A stretch of 64,000 nt of DNA from an uncultured delta proteobacterium (GCA_963731795.1 CAVSWU010000003.1:1094216-1158215); one strand, 5' to 3'. Shown: positions 18,137-29,898, counted from the first letter of the stretch. Notes: generated by a model not told the origin, from the letters alone. Translations and numbers: made by a program.

Positions 18137-19525
18137 TTGAACGTGAAGCTCCCTACCCTCCACTCCTCCCTGCTCCGCCGCCAGGCCTTGGCCACCGTGC
18201 TCGGCTTCAGCCTGCTCACGGGCTGCAGCCACGGCAATTCGATGGAGCGCGTGCTCAGCCCTCGCGAGCAGGCCCGCGTCTACCTGGAAGAGAACCAGCC
18301 CGCCAAAGCCCTGCCCTTGCTGGAGGAGCTGCAGGCCAAGAGCCCGGATGATCTCGACATCGCCCGGGCCCTCACCGAGGTCCAGGTGAAGGCCGGCCAC
18401 ACGGATGCCTGGATCGCGGAGCTCCAGCGCCGCAACACCCAGTCCGAGCGAGCAGTGAACCACTACATGCTCGGCCTGGCCTACTTCTCCCGGGCCTCGG
18501 ACGCCGGAGCACCCGCGGTGGCCGCCTTCGAGCGCGCCATCGCCATGGCCCCCCGCGAGGCCGAGTTCCACTACCGCCTCGGCATCGCCTACCTGGAGTC
18601 CGAGCAGTACGCCGCCGCCCTGGGCCCGCTGCGCCGCGCCGCCGAGCTGGCTCCGGATCGCGCCGCCATCCGGCTCCCGCTGGCCAAGGCGCTGCACCGC
18701 ACCGGCGACAGCGTGGGCGCCGTGGCCTCGCTGAACACCGTCGTCCGAGCCTCTCCCACTCCGGCCGAAGTGGCGACGGCGCGGGCGTTGATGGACCAGA
18801 TCGCGGACCCGTTCTCCGGCTTCCCGAAGGCGGCCCAGGGCAAGCTCGAGGAGGGCATGCGCTTCCTCCAGGAGATGGACGCTCCGCAGCAGGCCATCCT
18901 CGCCTTCGAGGAGATCCTCCACGACTACCCGGACCTGGCCGTGGTGCACGCGCTGCTGGGGCTGGCCTACGAGCGGCTGGATGACGCGGGCCGGGCCGTG
19001 GACGAGTTCAAGCAGGCCATCGAGCTGGCTCCCCGGGACGGCAAGAACCAGTTCTACCTGGGCGAGCTGTACCTCTCGCGCCAGCGCGCGGACGCGGCCC
19101 GCGAGGCCTTCACCAAGGCCGTGGCCTTCAACCCGCTGCTGGACGACGCCTGGTCCCGGCTCGGAGACTTGAGCCTGGATCGGCGGGATCTCCCGGCCGC
19201 CCGCGAGGCGTTCCGCATCTTCACCTCGCTGCAGCCGGACGTGGCGCCCCCTCGGGGCAAGCTGGCCATGGTGTACCAGCTGGAGGGCGACTTCCCGGCG
19301 GCCGAGCGTGAGCTGCGGCGTGTGGTCGAAAAAGACCCGGAGAACATGGAGTTCGCCTTGCGCCTGGGGCTGCTCTTCACCGAGGAGTCCCTGAAGGCCC
19401 GGAAGCCGGAGGAGCGCAAGGCCTCGAGCCAGGAGGCGGAGAAGTGGCTCCTCAAGGTCCTCGAGGAGCAGCCGGACAACGCCCTGGCCTCGAGGGCGCT
19501 GCAACAGATCAAGGCTCAGGAGTAG
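18137..19525 (+). CDS. TPR-repeat lipoprotein
   Basis: Signal with lipobox LLTGCS; multiple TPR units (HYMLGLAYF, FHYRLGIAYLESEQYAAA, HALLGLAYERLDDAGRA, YLGELYLSRQRADAA). Start TTG 18137 or GTG 18143; the 17378 ATG gives an out-of-frame overlap with plsC. Confidence 0.8.
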   Translation: MNVKLPTLHSSLLRRQALATVLGFSLLTGCSHGNSMERVLSPREQARVYLEENQPAKALPLLEELQAKSPDDLDIARALTEVQVKAGHTDAWIAELQRRNTQSERAVNHYMLGLAYFSRASDAGAPAVAAFERAIAMAPREAEFHYRLGIAYLESEQYAAALGPLRRAAELAPDRAAIRLPLAKALHRTGDSVGAVASLNTVVRASPTPAEVATARALMDQIADPFSGFPKAAQGKLEEGMRFLQEMDAPQQAILAFEEILHDYPDLAVVHALLGLAYERLDDAGRAVDEFKQAIELAPRDGKNQFYLGELYLSRQRADAAREAFTKAVAFNPLLDDAWSRLGDLSLDRRDLPAAREAFRIFTSLQPDVAPPRGKLAMVYQLEGDFPAAERELRRVVEKDPENMEFALRLGLLFTEESLKARKPEERKASSQEAEKWLLKVLEEQPDNALASRALQQIKAQE

Positions 19526-19561
19526 CCACCGGGCGGCCCTCGCCTCTACACTCGGGATTCG

Positions 19562-20230
19562 ATGAGCGAAGGTCGCAAGGTGCCTGAACACAACGCTCCG
19601 CCCGCGGGGGGCTCCGAGTCCCCCGGGGCTCCTCAGCGCACGGTCTCCAGCCCGGGCATGCCCCGCACGGTGACGAACCCGGGCATGCGGGCGATCAGCG
19701 CCGCGCGCACGGCCCCGGTCGAGAAGAAGCCCGATGGTAAGGTGAGCAAGCGCCTCGCCTCCGAGGCCTCCAACCAGCTCCTCAACGCCCTGGCCATCGT
19801 CAAGGAGCTGGTGCAGGACTTCCGCGGCTCGGACCGCTTCGTCAAGACCAAGGCCGGGATCGTCGGCGGCTGGGTCTTCATCTCCCTGCTGAGCATCATC
19901 ATCGCGTGCCCGGGCCGTGGCGTGAAGACAGCGGATCTCGGCGCGCGCGTCGTCGTGCTGCCGAACGCGGATCTCCCCAAGGCGGCTCCCAGCCTGACCG
20001 TCACCAACACGACCAAGGATCCCTGGGAGGACGTCATCTTCGTGGTGAACGGCAAATACCGCGCGACGGTGGAGAAGATCGACGGTAACGAAGGAAGCTT
20101 CACCCTCACGCCCAAGAACCTGCTGAGCCCCAGCGGGCCCATGCCCGCCGATCAGCGCTTCATCAGCGCGGAGATGCGCACGAAGCACGGCAACGCGGAG
20201 CTGGTGAAGAACGGCCAGCCGCTGGAGTAG
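19562..20230 (+). CDS. Hypothetical membrane-anchored protein
   Basis: 222-aa ORF with one TM segment (IVGGWVFISLLSIIIACPG) and a C-terminal extracytoplasmic region; coding-like codon usage. Confidence 0.6.
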   Translation: MSEGRKVPEHNAPPAGGSESPGAPQRTVSSPGMPRTVTNPGMRAISAARTAPVEKKPDGKVSKRLASEASNQLLNALAIVKELVQDFRGSDRFVKTKAGIVGGWVFISLLSIIIACPGRGVKTADLGARVVVLPNADLPKAAPSLTVTNTTKDPWEDVIFVVNGKYRATVEKIDGNEGSFTLTPKNLLSPSGPMPADQRFISAEMRTKHGNAELVKNGQPLE

Positions 20231-20339
20231 TCCTCCGGCCACGTGCCGGGCGGAGCCCCCTCCCCCCAAAAGCACGAGAGCGCCCCTCCCTGCCGGGAAG
20301 GACGCTCCGTGACGACTTCACTTCAGAGCAGAGCTCGAA

Positions 20340-20753
20340 CTACTCGCTCTTCTCCTCGGTCTTCTCCTCGCCACCCTCGGCGGGAGCGGCCTTCGCGGGG
20401 CGATCCACCAGCTCCAGCAGCGCCATCTCGGCGGCGTCGCCGCGGCGGAAGCCGAGCTTGACGATCCGGGTGTAGCCACCGTTGCGGCTGGCGTAGCGCT
20501 CCTTGTACTGGCTGAACACCTTCTGGAGGACGTCCTTGTCCTTCACGATGCGAGCCGCGAGCCGGACATTGGCCAGACCGCCGCGCTTGCCGAGGGTGAT
20601 GATCCGCTCCGCCATCTTCCGGGCCTCCTTGGCCTTGGGGACGGTGGTGCGGATGGCCTCGTGCTCCAGCAGCGAGGTGACCATGTTGTTGAGCATCGCG
20701 AGCCGGTGGCTCGTGGTGCGGTGGAGCTTCCTCTGTCCAATCCTATGACGCAT
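20340..20753 (-). CDS. rplQ: 50S ribosomal protein L17
   Basis: Full-length L17 similarity ([23 protein letters not shown]..). Confidence 0.95.
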   Translation of the reverse strand: MRHRIGQRKLHRTTSHRLAMLNNMVTSLLEHEAIRTTVPKAKEARKMAERIITLGKRGGLANVRLAARIVKDKDVLQKVFSQYKERYASRNGGYTRIVKLGFRRGDAAEMALLELVDRPAKAAPAEGGEEKTEEKSE

Positions 20754-20927
20754 GTCCGCGACTCCGGAGCCTTCTGGGCTCCACCACTCCGGCCGTATCA
20801 GGTACCGGGTGGGAAGAGCGGGCCTGACACGAGGTCCGCCATTGCCAATGGGCCCTTTTGAGGGGCCCCCTCTGCCCGCGCCGCGTGAGGCCGTGTCACG
20901 GCGCGGGTGGAGGCACTACGGGAAGGC

Positions 20928-21974
20928 CTAGGCCTTGGGCGCCGCGCTGGCTGCCGGAGCGGCCGGAGCCGCCACCGGAGCCTGCTTCGGAGGCCAGTTC
21001 TCCAGCTTCATGCCGAGCGACAGGCCCATCTCCGCCAGGATCTCCTTGATCTCCTTCAGAGACTTGCGGCCGAAGTTCTTCGTCTTGAGCATCTCGGCCT
21101 CGGTGCGCTGCACCAGGTCGCCGATGGTCTTGATGTTGGCCTGCTGCAGGCAGTTGGCCGAGCGCACCGAGAGCTCCAGCTCATCCACCGAGCGGAACAG
21201 GTTCTCGTTGAGCTTGGCCTCCTCCTTCGGGGCCTCGGCGACGACGGGCTCCTCGGTCTCGTCGAAGTTCACGAAGACCGTGAGCTGCTCCTTGATGATC
21301 TTCGCCGCGTACGCCACCGCGTCCTGCGGGGTGACCGAGCCGTCCGTCCAGACCTCCAGCGCCAGCTTGTCGAAGTCGGTCACCTGACCGACGCGGGCGT
21401 TGGTGACCTGGTAGTTCACCTTGCGGATGGGCGAGAACAGCGAGTCGATGGGGATGGTGCCAATGGGAGAGCCAGCCACCTTGTTGACGGTGGCGGCCAC
21501 GTAGCCACGGCCGCGGCGGCACGTCAGCTCCATGCGCACCTTGCCGCCCTCGGACACCGTGCAGATGTGGTGGCCGGGGTTGAGGATCTCCACATCCTGG
21601 TCCGCGATGATGTCGCCGGCCTTGATCTCCTTGGGGCCCTCCGCCTCGATGCGCAGGGTCTTCGTCTCGTTCGTGTGCATCCGAAGGAGGACTTCCTTCA
21701 GGTTCAGCACGATGTCCGTGACGTCCTCGGCCACCTCGGGGATGGTGGTGAACTCGTGGTCCACGCCCTCGATCTTCACCGAGGTGATGGCCGAGCCCTG
21801 CAACGAGGACAGGAGCACGCGGCGCAGCGAGTTGCCCAGCGTGGTGCCGAAGCCGCGCTCGAGCGGCTCGGCGACGAACTTGCCGTAGGTGGTGGTGAGC
21901 GAGTCCTGATCGACTTCCAGGCGGCGCGGCTTGATGAGGTCGCGCCAGTTCTTTGCGATGAACGTATCAGCCAT
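20928..21974 (-). CDS. rpoA: DNA-directed RNA polymerase subunit alpha
   Basis: Start [10 protein letters not shown] inside the longer ORF; NTD and CTD motifs ([11 protein letters not shown]). Confidence 0.95.
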   Translation of the reverse strand: MADTFIAKNWRDLIKPRRLEVDQDSLTTTYGKFVAEPLERGFGTTLGNSLRRVLLSSLQGSAITSVKIEGVDHEFTTIPEVAEDVTDIVLNLKEVLLRMHTNETKTLRIEAEGPKEIKAGDIIADQDVEILNPGHHICTVSEGGKVRMELTCRRGRGYVAATVNKVAGSPIGTIPIDSLFSPIRKVNYQVTNARVGQVTDFDKLALEVWTDGSVTPQDAVAYAAKIIKEQLTVFVNFDETEEPVVAEAPKEEAKLNENLFRSVDELELSVRSANCLQQANIKTIGDLVQRTEAEMLKTKNFGRKSLKEIKEILAEMGLSLGMKLENWPPKQAPVAAPAAPAASAAPKA

Positions 21975-22160
21975 GGTGTTGCTGCTCCTCGAGGCGTGCG
22001 CCACCACCGACTTACCCGCCAGGGTGGCAGGAGGATGGGCACGCAGGGGTACGACAAATAGCCAGGGCCGGACATGCCGGCCAGAAAGAAGCACGACGCC
22101 CCGGCGGTGGCCGCCAGGGCGCCTGAAGCAAGGAAGCAGGCCCTCGGGGGGCCTCACGCC

Positions 22161-22787
22161 TTACTTGGAGTAGAGCTCGACGATGAGCTGCTCCTGGATC
22201 GGCATGGTCAGGTCTTCACGGTTCGGAGCGGTCTTCACCGTGCCCTTGAAGCCCTTCTTGTCCAGATCGATCCACTGCGGCACGCCGCGGCGGTCCACCG
22301 TCTCCAGCGCCTCGGAGATGCGGAGCACCTTGCGGCTCTTCTCCGCCACCTCGACGGAGCTGCCCGGCTTCACCGCGAAGGACGGGATGTTCACCCGCTT
22401 GCCGTTCACCGTGAAGTGGCCGTGACGCACCAGCTGGCGCGCCTCGTTGCGCGTGTCCGCGAAGCCCATGCGGAACACCACGTTGTCCAGGCGGAGCTCG
22501 AGCTGCTGCAGCAGGTTCTCACCCGTCTTGCCCTTGGCCGCGGACGCGCGGTGGTAATACCCGCGGAACTGGCTCTCGAGCAGGCCGTACATGCGCTTGA
22601 CCTTCTGCTTCTCGCGCAGCTGCACGCCGTAGCCGGAGAACTTCACGCGGCCCTGGCCGTGCTGACCGGGGGGATACGGGCGCCGCTCGATCGCACACTT
22701 GTCCGTGTAGCAGCGGTCACCCTTCAGGTACATCTTCAGGTTCTCGCGCCGGCAAATGCGGCAGGCGCTGGCGGTGTAACGAGCCAA
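22161..22787 (-). CDS. rpsD: 30S ribosomal protein S4
   Basis: [15 protein letters not shown]...; full-length S4. Confidence 0.95.
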   Translation of the reverse strand: MARYTASACRICRRENLKMYLKGDRCYTDKCAIERRPYPPGQHGQGRVKFSGYGVQLREKQKVKRMYGLLESQFRGYYHRASAAKGKTGENLLQQLELRLDNVVFRMGFADTRNEARQLVRHGHFTVNGKRVNIPSFAVKPGSSVEVAEKSRKVLRISEALETVDRRGVPQWIDLDKKGFKGTVKTAPNREDLTMPIQEQLIVELYSK

Positions 22788-22847
22788 GGTACTTCTCCTT
22801 CGACAGGTGGTCTGGGGCCGCGCCTTCCGGAGCGGCCCGGATGGGAA

Positions 22848-23294
22848 TTAGACGCGGCGGCGCTTGGGCTGACGGCACCCGTTGTGCGGGATGGGCGTCA
22901 CGTCGCGGATGAGGTTGATCTTCAGGCCCGCGGCGGCCAGGGCGCGCAGCGCGGACTCACGGCCAGCGCCGGGGCCCTTCACCAGCACCGTCACGTTCTT
23001 CAGCCCGTGCTCCATGGCCTTGGCGGCGGCATCGCCCGCGGCAACCTGCGCGGCGAACGGCGTCGACTTGCGGCTGCCCTTGAAGCCACGGGCGCCAGCG
23101 GAGGACCAGGAGATCACGTTCCCGGACACGTCCGTGATCGTGATGATGGTGTTGTTGAACGTGGACTGGATGTGGACCACGCCGTTGAGGATGTTCTTCT
23201 TGCCCTTGCGCTTGGCCTTCTTCGCCGCGGCGGTCTCACCACCAGCCTCGGGGGCGGCGGGAGCGGCGGCAGGGGTGTTGACTTCTTCAGCCAT
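22848..23294 (-). CDS. rpsK: 30S ribosomal protein S11
   Basis: [22 protein letters not shown]...; Ala/Lys-rich N-terminal extension. Confidence 0.95.
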   Translation of the reverse strand: MAEEVNTPAAAPAAPEAGGETAAAKKAKRKGKKNILNGVVHIQSTFNNTIITITDVSGNVISWSSAGARGFKGSRKSTPFAAQVAAGDAAAKAMEHGLKNVTVLVKGPGAGRESALRALAAAGLKINLIRDVTPIPHNGCRQPKRRRV

Positions 23295-23367
23295 GAGAGT
23301 CGGTGCTCCTCAGGAGTAGATGATCGACGCCGGCACCTCGACGGGCCGGCGCAGGTAGGGGAACGGG

Positions 23368-23754
23368 TTAGCGGCCCGCCGGAGCAGCCGGCTTGGCGCG
23401 AACAATGCCACGCTTCGGGCCCTTGCGGGTGCGGGCGTTGGTGTGGGTGCGCTGGCCGCGGACGGGCAGGCCCTTGCGGTGACGCAGGCCCCGGTAGCAG
23501 CCCAGGTCCATCAGGCGCTTGATGTTCATCGTCACCTCGCGCCGCAGATCGCCTTCGACCTTGAGGTTCGCCTCGATGTACTCGCGGATCTTGCGGGCCT
23601 GCTCGTCGGTCAGGTCCTTGGTCCGCGTGGCGAGTTCGATCCCTGCGTGGGCGCAGATGTCATGGGCGGTCTTGTTACCGATCCCGTAGATGTACTGAAG
23701 CGAGATCACCGCGCGCTTGGCAGGCGGGAGATCGACACCGGCGATACGAGCCAT
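23368..23754 (-). CDS. rpsM: 30S ribosomal protein S13
   Basis: [26 protein letters not shown]... Confidence 0.95.
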   Translation of the reverse strand: MARIAGVDLPPAKRAVISLQYIYGIGNKTAHDICAHAGIELATRTKDLTDEQARKIREYIEANLKVEGDLRREVTMNIKRLMDLGCYRGLRHRKGLPVRGQRTHTNARTRKGPKRGIVRAKPAAPAGR

Positions 23755-23801
23755 CGTTCGTTCCTTCTAGTTGAGTTGGTCTGGAGCCAACGGTGTGGCC
23801 G

Positions 23802-23918
23802 TTAGCCCTGGCGCTGCTTGTGCCGAGGGTTGGAGGCGCAGATCACGCGCACGATGCCCTTACGGCGGATAACCTTGCACTTGTCGCAGATCTTCTTGAC
23901 GGACGCCCGAACCTTCAT
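23802..23918 (-). CDS. rpmJ: 50S ribosomal protein L36
   Basis: Hand-translated 38 aa [38 protein letters not shown]; too short for the ORF track. Confidence 0.9.
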   Translation of the reverse strand: MKVRASVKKICDKCKVIRRKGIVRVICASNPRHKQRQG

Positions 23919-23989
23919 GGCGCTACTTCCTTCCTTCGTGAAAAGAAAAGCCTTCAAGGGAGCCCCCGCCTGGCGCGGAGGCGACCCGA

Positions 23990-24208
23990 CTACTTCGCCC
24001 GATACGTGATCCGTCCACGGGTCAGGTCATAGGGCGACAGCTCGACCTTGACCTTGTCGCCCGGCAGGATTCGGATGAAGTGCATCCGCATCTTGCCGGA
24101 GATGTGCGCGAGCACCTTGTGGCCGTTGTCCAGCACCACACGGAACATCGCGTTGGGCAGGGGCTCCATCACGGTCCCCTCGACTTCGATCGAATCATCC
24201 TTCGGCAA
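23990..24208 (-). CDS. infA: Translation initiation factor IF-1
   Basis: 72 aa from TTG start ([72 protein letters not shown]); the listed 96-aa ORF is an upstream in-frame extension. Confidence 0.9.
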   Translation of the reverse strand: MPKDDSIEVEGTVMEPLPNAMFRVVLDNGHKVLAHISGKMRMHFIRILPGDKVKVELSPYDLTRGRITYRAK

Positions 24209-24356
24209 TCGAAAACCCTCTTCCGGACCACGGAACTCTTGGAAGCGCGGCGGGATAGCACTTTGGTCCCGAAGTGGCAAGTACCGTGTCGCGCTCGGTT
24301 CAAACTTCTACCAACCCCGTATGATAACAACGTATTTCACTCCGCGTCAGGCCCTA

Positions 24357-25115
24357 TCAGGACCTGCGCGTGAGCACCTCGGGGCCGTGGTCCGTGATCA
24401 GAACCGTATGCTCGAAGTGCGCGGAAAGCTTGTGGTCGAGCGTCACCGCCGTCCAGTCGTCCTCGAGTAGCGCTACCTCAGAGGTCCCCATGTTCACCAT
24501 GGGTTCAATGGCGATCACCATGCCGCGGCGCAGCTTCATGCCAGCACCCGGCTTGCCGACATTGGGCACCTCTGGCTCCTCGTGGAGCTTGCGGCCGATC
24601 CCGTGGCCGGTGAAGCCCTCTGCCACCGAGTAGCCGCGGGCCTCCACGTAGCTCTGCACCGCATGGCCGATGTCGCCCAGCCGGTTGCCCACCACCGAGG
24701 CGGCAATCGCCTTCTGGAGCGACTCCCGGGTCGCATCGATCAGGGCCCTGGCCTCCCGCCCCACCTTCCCCACCGGCACGGTCCGCGCCGAGTCCCCGAA
24801 GAAGCCCCGGTACACCACCCCGAAGTCGAGCTTCATCAGATCTCCCTCGGCCAGCTTCCGCTTCTTCGAGGGGATGCCGTGTACGACTTCATCATTGACG
24901 GACGCACACAGGCAGCATGGGAAGCCAAGGTAGCCCTTGAACGCCGGCTTGGCCCCCTTCTCGTAGATGAGCTTCTCGGCCAGGGCGTCCAGCTCCCAGG
25001 TCGTCACGCCGGGGGCCACGGCCTTCTCGAGCTCGTCGAGGATCTCGCACACGATCCGCCCAGCCTCTCGCATGAGGGCGATCTCGTCCGGGCTCTTGAT
25101 CTCGACAGAACTCAT
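24357..25115 (-). CDS. map: Methionine aminopeptidase type I
   Basis: Full-length MetAP-I; metal ligands D..D..H..E..E present. Confidence 0.95.
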   Translation of the reverse strand: MSSVEIKSPDEIALMREAGRIVCEILDELEKAVAPGVTTWELDALAEKLIYEKGAKPAFKGYLGFPCCLCASVNDEVVHGIPSKKRKLAEGDLMKLDFGVVYRGFFGDSARTVPVGKVGREARALIDATRESLQKAIAASVVGNRLGDIGHAVQSYVEARGYSVAEGFTGHGIGRKLHEEPEVPNVGKPGAGMKLRRGMVIAIEPMVNMGTSEVALLEDDWTAVTLDHKLSAHFEHTVLITDHGPEVLTRRS

Positions 25116-25205
25116 GGGCTTCTACGCGGGCGTGCTCAAGGGAGAACCTGGAGGCCAGGGGGCGCCACTGCGTGCGCGGCCCCCGGTGGCTCGCCCGCTC
25201 TCCAC

Positions 25206-25853
25206 TCAGGCCTTGCCGATGGCCGCCCGGATCTCGGCGTAGATGCCGTCCGGAGTGCCCACGCCGTCGATGCTCTTCAGCAGCCCCTTCTTGCCGTAGT
25301 AGTCCTTCAGGGGCGAAGTCTCGGCATCGTACTTCTTGAGCCGCTTCTCGATGACCTCGGGGTGGTCATCCTCGCGCTGGACGAGCCCCGCGCCGCACTT
25401 GTCACAGAACCCCGCCCGCTTCGGGGGGTGCTGGTAGACGTGGTAGACGCTGCCATCCACCGGGCACGAGCGCCGCCCGGAGCCGCGCTCGATGAGCTTG
25501 GCGTGCGGCACCTCGAGCGAGACGACGGCATCGATCTTCTTGCCGTTCTTCGCCAGCATCCGCTCCAGCGCATCCGCCTGGGGGATGGTGCGAGGGAAGC
25601 CATCCAGCACGAAGCCGTTGGCGCAGTCCGGCTGCTTGAGGCGCTCCTCGACGATGCCGATGACGATGTCATCCGGGACGTAGGCTCCCGAGGCCATCAG
25701 CGGCCCCGCGATCTTGCCCAGCTCGGTCCCCTCCTTCACGGCCTTGCGGAGGATGTCCCCGGTGGAGATCTGCGGGATCTGATAGTCCCGGAACAGGTTC
25801 TTCGCCTGGGTACCCTTCCCCGCGTTTGGCGGGCCCAACAGGATCAGGTTCAT
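25206..25853 (-). CDS. adk: Adenylate kinase
   Basis: P-loop LGPPNAGKGTQ and LID region with Cys pair (CPVDG...CDKCG). Confidence 0.95.
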   Translation of the reverse strand: MNLILLGPPNAGKGTQAKNLFRDYQIPQISTGDILRKAVKEGTELGKIAGPLMASGAYVPDDIVIGIVEERLKQPDCANGFVLDGFPRTIPQADALERMLAKNGKKIDAVVSLEVPHAKLIERGSGRRSCPVDGSVYHVYQHPPKRAGFCDKCGAGLVQREDDHPEVIEKRLKKYDAETSPLKDYYGKKGLLKSIDGVGTPDGIYAEIRAAIGKA

Positions 25854-26000
25854 GTGCTCCTCTCAGCTCCTCCGAAGGAACGCACGGAAGCCCAATGCGA
25901 TGACTCCGAAAGCGCCCCCCGTACACGACTGACTACCCCTGAACGACAAGGCGCCCCTCCCCGGCCATCCGGAGAGAGGCGCCCTGGAAAAACCCACCGG

Positions 26001-27349
26001 CTAGGCAGCCACCCGCACCCGGCCGCGGATGCGCGGACCGCGAGGCCCGGCGAAGCCCTCGTAGTTGCGGCTGATGAGGTGGCCCTCGATCTGCTGCACC
26101 GTGTCCAGCGCCACGCCCACGACGATCAGGAGCGCGGTGCCACCGAACTGGAAGCGCACCCCCATGATGTTGCTGACGACGGACGGGATGACGCAGATGG
26201 CGGCCAGGTAGATACCGCCGCCGAAGGTGATGCGGTTGAGCACCCGCTCGATGAAGTCGGCCGTCTGACGGCCCGGGCGAATGCCGGGAATGTAGCCGCC
26301 CTGCTTCTTGATGTTGTCGGCCACGTCATCCGGCCGGAACGTCAGCGCGGTGTAGAAGTACGTGAAGAAGACCACGAGCAGGACGAACAGCCCGTTGTAG
26401 AACCACGGGTTGCTCTCCAGTCCCTGGCGGAAGGCGGTCAGGAACGGGAACCAGGTGCCCAGCGTGGCCGGGAAGGACAGCAGCGCGCCGGCGAAGATGG
26501 GCGGGATCACGCCCGCGCTGTTCACCTTCATCGGGAAGTACGTGGCCTGGCCCGCGAACATCCGCCGCCCCGCCATGCGCTTGGCGTACTGGACGGGGAT
26601 GCGCCTCATGCCTCGCTCGACGTAGACCACCACCGCGACCACGATGAGCATGAACACGCCCAGCGCCACCAGCGTACGCGAGACTCGATGGCGCCCTGCG
26701 CCGTCATGTCGAACAGCGTCTTGGCGGAGGGCATCATGCGCGCCACGATGCCGGCGAAGATGATGAGCGAGATGCCGTTGCCGATGCCGCGCTCGGTGAT
26801 GCGCTCGCCCAGCCACATGATGAAGGCGGTGCCCGCCGTGAGGCTGATCACCGTCATGAAGGTGAACCAGGCGCCGCCATCCGGAACGACGATCTGGTTG
26901 AAGCCGCCCTGCGCCGCGTCGCTGCGGCCCAGGGACACCAGCCAGCGCGAGATGCCGATGCCCTGGACGATGGACAGGACGATGGAGCCGTAGCGGGTGT
27001 ACTGGTTGATCTTCTGCCGGCCCGCCGCGCCCTCCTTCTGCAACCGCTCGAGGCTGGGGACCACCACCGCCACCAGCTGCATGATGATGGAGCTGGACAC
27101 GTACGGCATGATGCCCAGGCCGAAGATGGACATCTGCTCGAGGGCGCCGCCGGAGAACAGGTTGAACAGCGACACCAGGCCGCCCGACTGTTTCTGGGCG
27201 TCCATGAACGCGTTCATCGCCGCCCGGTCCACCCCCGGCGTGTTGATGAAGATGCCGATGCGGTACACCACGAGCAGCATCAGCGTATACGCCAGCCGGT
27301 TTCGCAGCTCCGCGATCCGGAAGATGTTGGTGAAGGCATTCAGAGCCAC
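26001..27349 (-). CDS. secY: Preprotein translocase SecY, interrupted by a frameshift near 26680-26700 (probable indel error)
   Basis: N-terminal 2/3 in frame of ORF 26606..27403 (to ...[12 protein letters not shown]), C-terminal third in frame of ORF 26001..26816 (from [14 protein letters not shown]...). Start taken as GTG 27349 ([18 protein letters not shown]) with RBS GAAGGGGA. Confidence 0.85.
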
Positions 27350-27476
27350 GTCGGAGCCATCCCCTTCAAAAAGTCCAGACAAGACGACAGCGCCCCTATC
27401 CACGAAGGAGAGGGGCGCGTGAGCCTACACAAGGGAACCGGCGCGCACCACCCAAAGTGACGCGCGCCGGCTCGGC

Positions 27477-28004
27477 CTAGGCGGTCGGCTGCTTGGGGGC
27501 CTTGACGCCCTTGCCCGCGTGCGCCTTGGAAGCGGACTCGGGCTTGTGCGCCACCAGCGGGAGCACCTCCACCGCGCCGCCCGCCTTCTCGATGGCCTCC
27601 CGGGCCTTGCCCGACAGCTTGTGCACCCGGACGGTCAGCTTCTTGGAGAGCTCGCCCTGGCCCAGCACCTTCACGCCGTCGTAGCGGCCCTTCACCAGGC
27701 CCTTGCCCTTCAGCGCCGCCTCGTCCACCGTGGCGCCCGCGTCGAACCCGTTCAGGTCCGCCAGGTTCACCACCGCGTAGATGACGCGGTTGGGCGAGAT
27801 GAAGCCGAACTTCGGCAGCCGGCGCTGCAGGGGGCTCTGGCCGCCCTCGAAGCCCTCGAACCGCATGTTGCCGGAACGAGCCTTCTGGCCCTTGCCACCG
27901 CGGCCCGCCGTCTTGCCCAGGCCGCTACCCTGGCCACGGCCCACGCGCTTCTTGCGGTGCCACGAGTTGTGCGGCCGCTTCAGGTTGTTGAGAGTGTTCG
28001 ACAT
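27477..28004 (-). CDS. rplO: 50S ribosomal protein L15
   Basis: Full-length L15. Confidence 0.95.
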   Translation of the reverse strand: MSNTLNNLKRPHNSWHRKKRVGRGQGSGLGKTAGRGGKGQKARSGNMRFEGFEGGQSPLQRRLPKFGFISPNRVIYAVVNLADLNGFDAGATVDEAALKGKGLVKGRYDGVKVLGQGELSKKLTVRVHKLSGKAREAIEKAGGAVEVLPLVAHKPESASKAHAGKGVKAPKQPTA

Positions 28005-28061
28005 CTTGAAATCCTCGCGCGCGATGGCCCCGCTTCACGGAGCCCCGCGGAATGAGTCGTG

Positions 28062-28322
28062 CTAGCTCTTCGCCGCCTTGGCGCGCGCCCTGTCACGGAC
28101 GACGATCTTGCGCGGCTTGCGGCGCTTGGGCGCCGGAGCCTCCTGGGCCACCGTCTCGCTGGAGACCAGGTGCTTCACCTTGAACACCAGGCCGCGGTTG
28201 GACGGCGTGTCCTTGAGCAGCCGCTCGTCGCCGAACTTCTTCAGGCCGAGGCCGCGGATGGTGTCGAGCATGTCCTTGGAAGAGCCAGAGGAGCTCTTCA
28301 CCAGCTTCACCTTGAGCGCCAT
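28062..28322 (-). CDS. rpmD: 50S ribosomal protein L30 (C-terminal basic extension)
   Basis: [29 protein letters not shown]... inside the longer ORF. Confidence 0.9.
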   Translation of the reverse strand: MALKVKLVKSSSGSSKDMLDTIRGLGLKKFGDERLLKDTPSNRGLVFKVKHLVSSETVAQEAPAPKRRKPRKIVVRDRARAKAAKS

Positions 28323-28324
28323 GA

Positions 28325-28846
28325 CTAGGTCCTCGCCTCTCCGGCCAGCTTCGCCGACTCGACGTCCTTGCCGCGCAGCCGGGAGACCTGCTCGGCCGAG
28401 CGCAGCTTCTTCAGGCCCGCCACCGTGGCCTTCAGCACGTTGTGCGGGTTGCGCGAGCCCTGGCTCTTGGTCAGGATGTTGCGGATGCCCGCCGCCTCGA
28501 GGACCGCGCGCACCGCGCCACCGGCGATGACGCCGGTACCCTCGCTGGCCGGCTTCAGCAGCACCCACCCGGCGCCGAAGTGCCCGAGGATCTCGTGCGG
28601 AATCGTGTGCCCCATCAGCGGCACGCGGAACAGGTTCTTCTTCGCGTTCTCGCCGCCCTTGCGGATGGCCTCGGGGACCTCGTTGGCCTTGCCCAGGCCC
28701 ACGCCCACATGGCCGTTGCCGTCGCCCACCACCACGAGGGCGGCGAACGAGAACCGGCGGCCACCCTTCACCACCTTGGCCACGCGGTTGATGTTCACCA
28801 CGCGGTCGGTGAGGTCCAGGTCGTTCGGATTGATCGGAGTTGCCAC
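28325..28846 (-). CDS. rpsE: 30S ribosomal protein S5
   Basis: Full-length S5. Confidence 0.95.
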   Translation of the reverse strand: MATPINPNDLDLTDRVVNINRVAKVVKGGRRFSFAALVVVGDGNGHVGVGLGKANEVPEAIRKGGENAKKNLFRVPLMGHTIPHEILGHFGAGWVLLKPASEGTGVIAGGAVRAVLEAAGIRNILTKSQGSRNPHNVLKATVAGLKKLRSAEQVSRLRGKDVESAKLAGEART

Positions 28847-28869
28847 TTGGAGTGCTTCCTTTCGAATTT

Positions 28870-29223
28870 CTAGAACTTCAGCCCGGCCTCGCGCGCGGCG
28901 TCAGCCACGGCAGCGATGCGCCCGTGGTACGGGAAGCCGTTGCGGTCGAACACCACCGCCTCGACGTTGGCCGCCTTGCACTTCTCGGCGATGAGCTTGC
29001 CCACGCGCTTGGCGTCCGCCTTCTTGTCACCCTCGTCCTGGCCCTTGAGTTCCTTGGAGAGCGACGAGGCGTAGGCCAGCGTCTTGCCCGTGGAGTCATC
29101 CACCACCTGGGCGTAGATGTGCTTGAGGCTCTTGTACACCGTGAGCCGCGGCCGCTCGGTGGTGCCCGAGAGCTTCTTGCGGATGCGGTTCTTCCTCTTG
29201 ATGCGCGGATCGACAGTCGGCAT
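28870..29223 (-). CDS. rplR: 50S ribosomal protein L18
   Basis: Full-length L18 (..[22 protein letters not shown]). Confidence 0.95.
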   Translation of the reverse strand: MPTVDPRIKRKNRIRKKLSGTTERPRLTVYKSLKHIYAQVVDDSTGKTLAYASSLSKELKGQDEGDKKADAKRVGKLIAEKCKAANVEAVVFDRNGFPYHGRIAAVADAAREAGLKF

Positions 29224-29331
29224 GGCTGATTCCTTTTCCTTCCGGCGGCGATCAGGCCTTCCGCCGCCGGATGATCGCGAGCCCCCAGAGGCGCTCGCGG
29301 GGTTGAACGTTCAGGGCACGGAGGACCTTTA

Positions 29332-29898
29332 TCAGGTCGTACCGGTCTTGCCCTCCTTGCGACGAACCTTCTCCTCCGCGTACTTGATGCCCTTGCCCTT
29401 GTACGGCTCGGGCGGGCGCAGCGCGCGGATCTTCACGGCGGCGGCCCCCAGGGCCTCCTTGTCCGCCGAGCGCAGGGTGAGATCCACCGTGGGGAGGCTC
29501 TCCTCGGTGCGGGCCGTCTTGTCCACCTCGGCCGTCACACCCTCCGGCAGGTTGAACACCACCGGGTGCGAGTAGCCCAGCGCGAACTGGATCGTCTTGC
29601 CCTTGACCTCGGCGCGGAAACCGACGCCGCGGATGCTCAGGCGGCGCTCGAAGCCCGTGCTCACGCCCTTGGCGGCGTTGGCCAGGATGGTGCGGGCCAG
29701 GCCGTGCAGGCTCCGGGCCTCGCGCGAGTCATCCTCGCGGACCACCAGCACGTTCCCGTCCTTCACCTCCACCTTCACCTTGGCGGGGAGGTTCACGGAC
29801 AGCTTGCCCTTGGGGCCCTCGAAGTTGACCTTCTTGCCGGCGACGCTCACCTTCGACTTGTCGCCCAGCTTGATCGGCAGTTTTCCAATGCGACTCAT
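29332..29898 (-). CDS. rplF: 50S ribosomal protein L6
   Basis: Start MSRIGKLPI inside the longer ORF. Confidence 0.95.
   Translation of the reverse strand: MSRIGKLPIKLGDKSKVSVAGKKVNFEGPKGKLSVNLPAKVKVEVKDGNVLVVREDDSREARSLHGLARTILANAAKGVSTGFERRLSIRGVGFRAEVKGKTIQFALGYSHPVVFNLPEGVTAEVDKTARTEESLPTVDLTLRSADKEALGAAAVKIRALRPPEPYKGKGIKYAEEKVRRKEGKTGTT

Noticed and set aside
18101-20275. 724-aa minus-strand ORF
   Set aside because: Antisense to the TPR lipoprotein and the membrane protein; no motifs; GC-driven open frame.
20907-23522. + strand ORFs 20907..22061 (384 aa) and 22074..23522 (482 aa)
   Set aside because: Antisense to rpoA, rpsD and rpsK, which are unambiguous.
24582-26993. 803-aa + ORF
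   Set aside because: Antisense to map-adk-secY.
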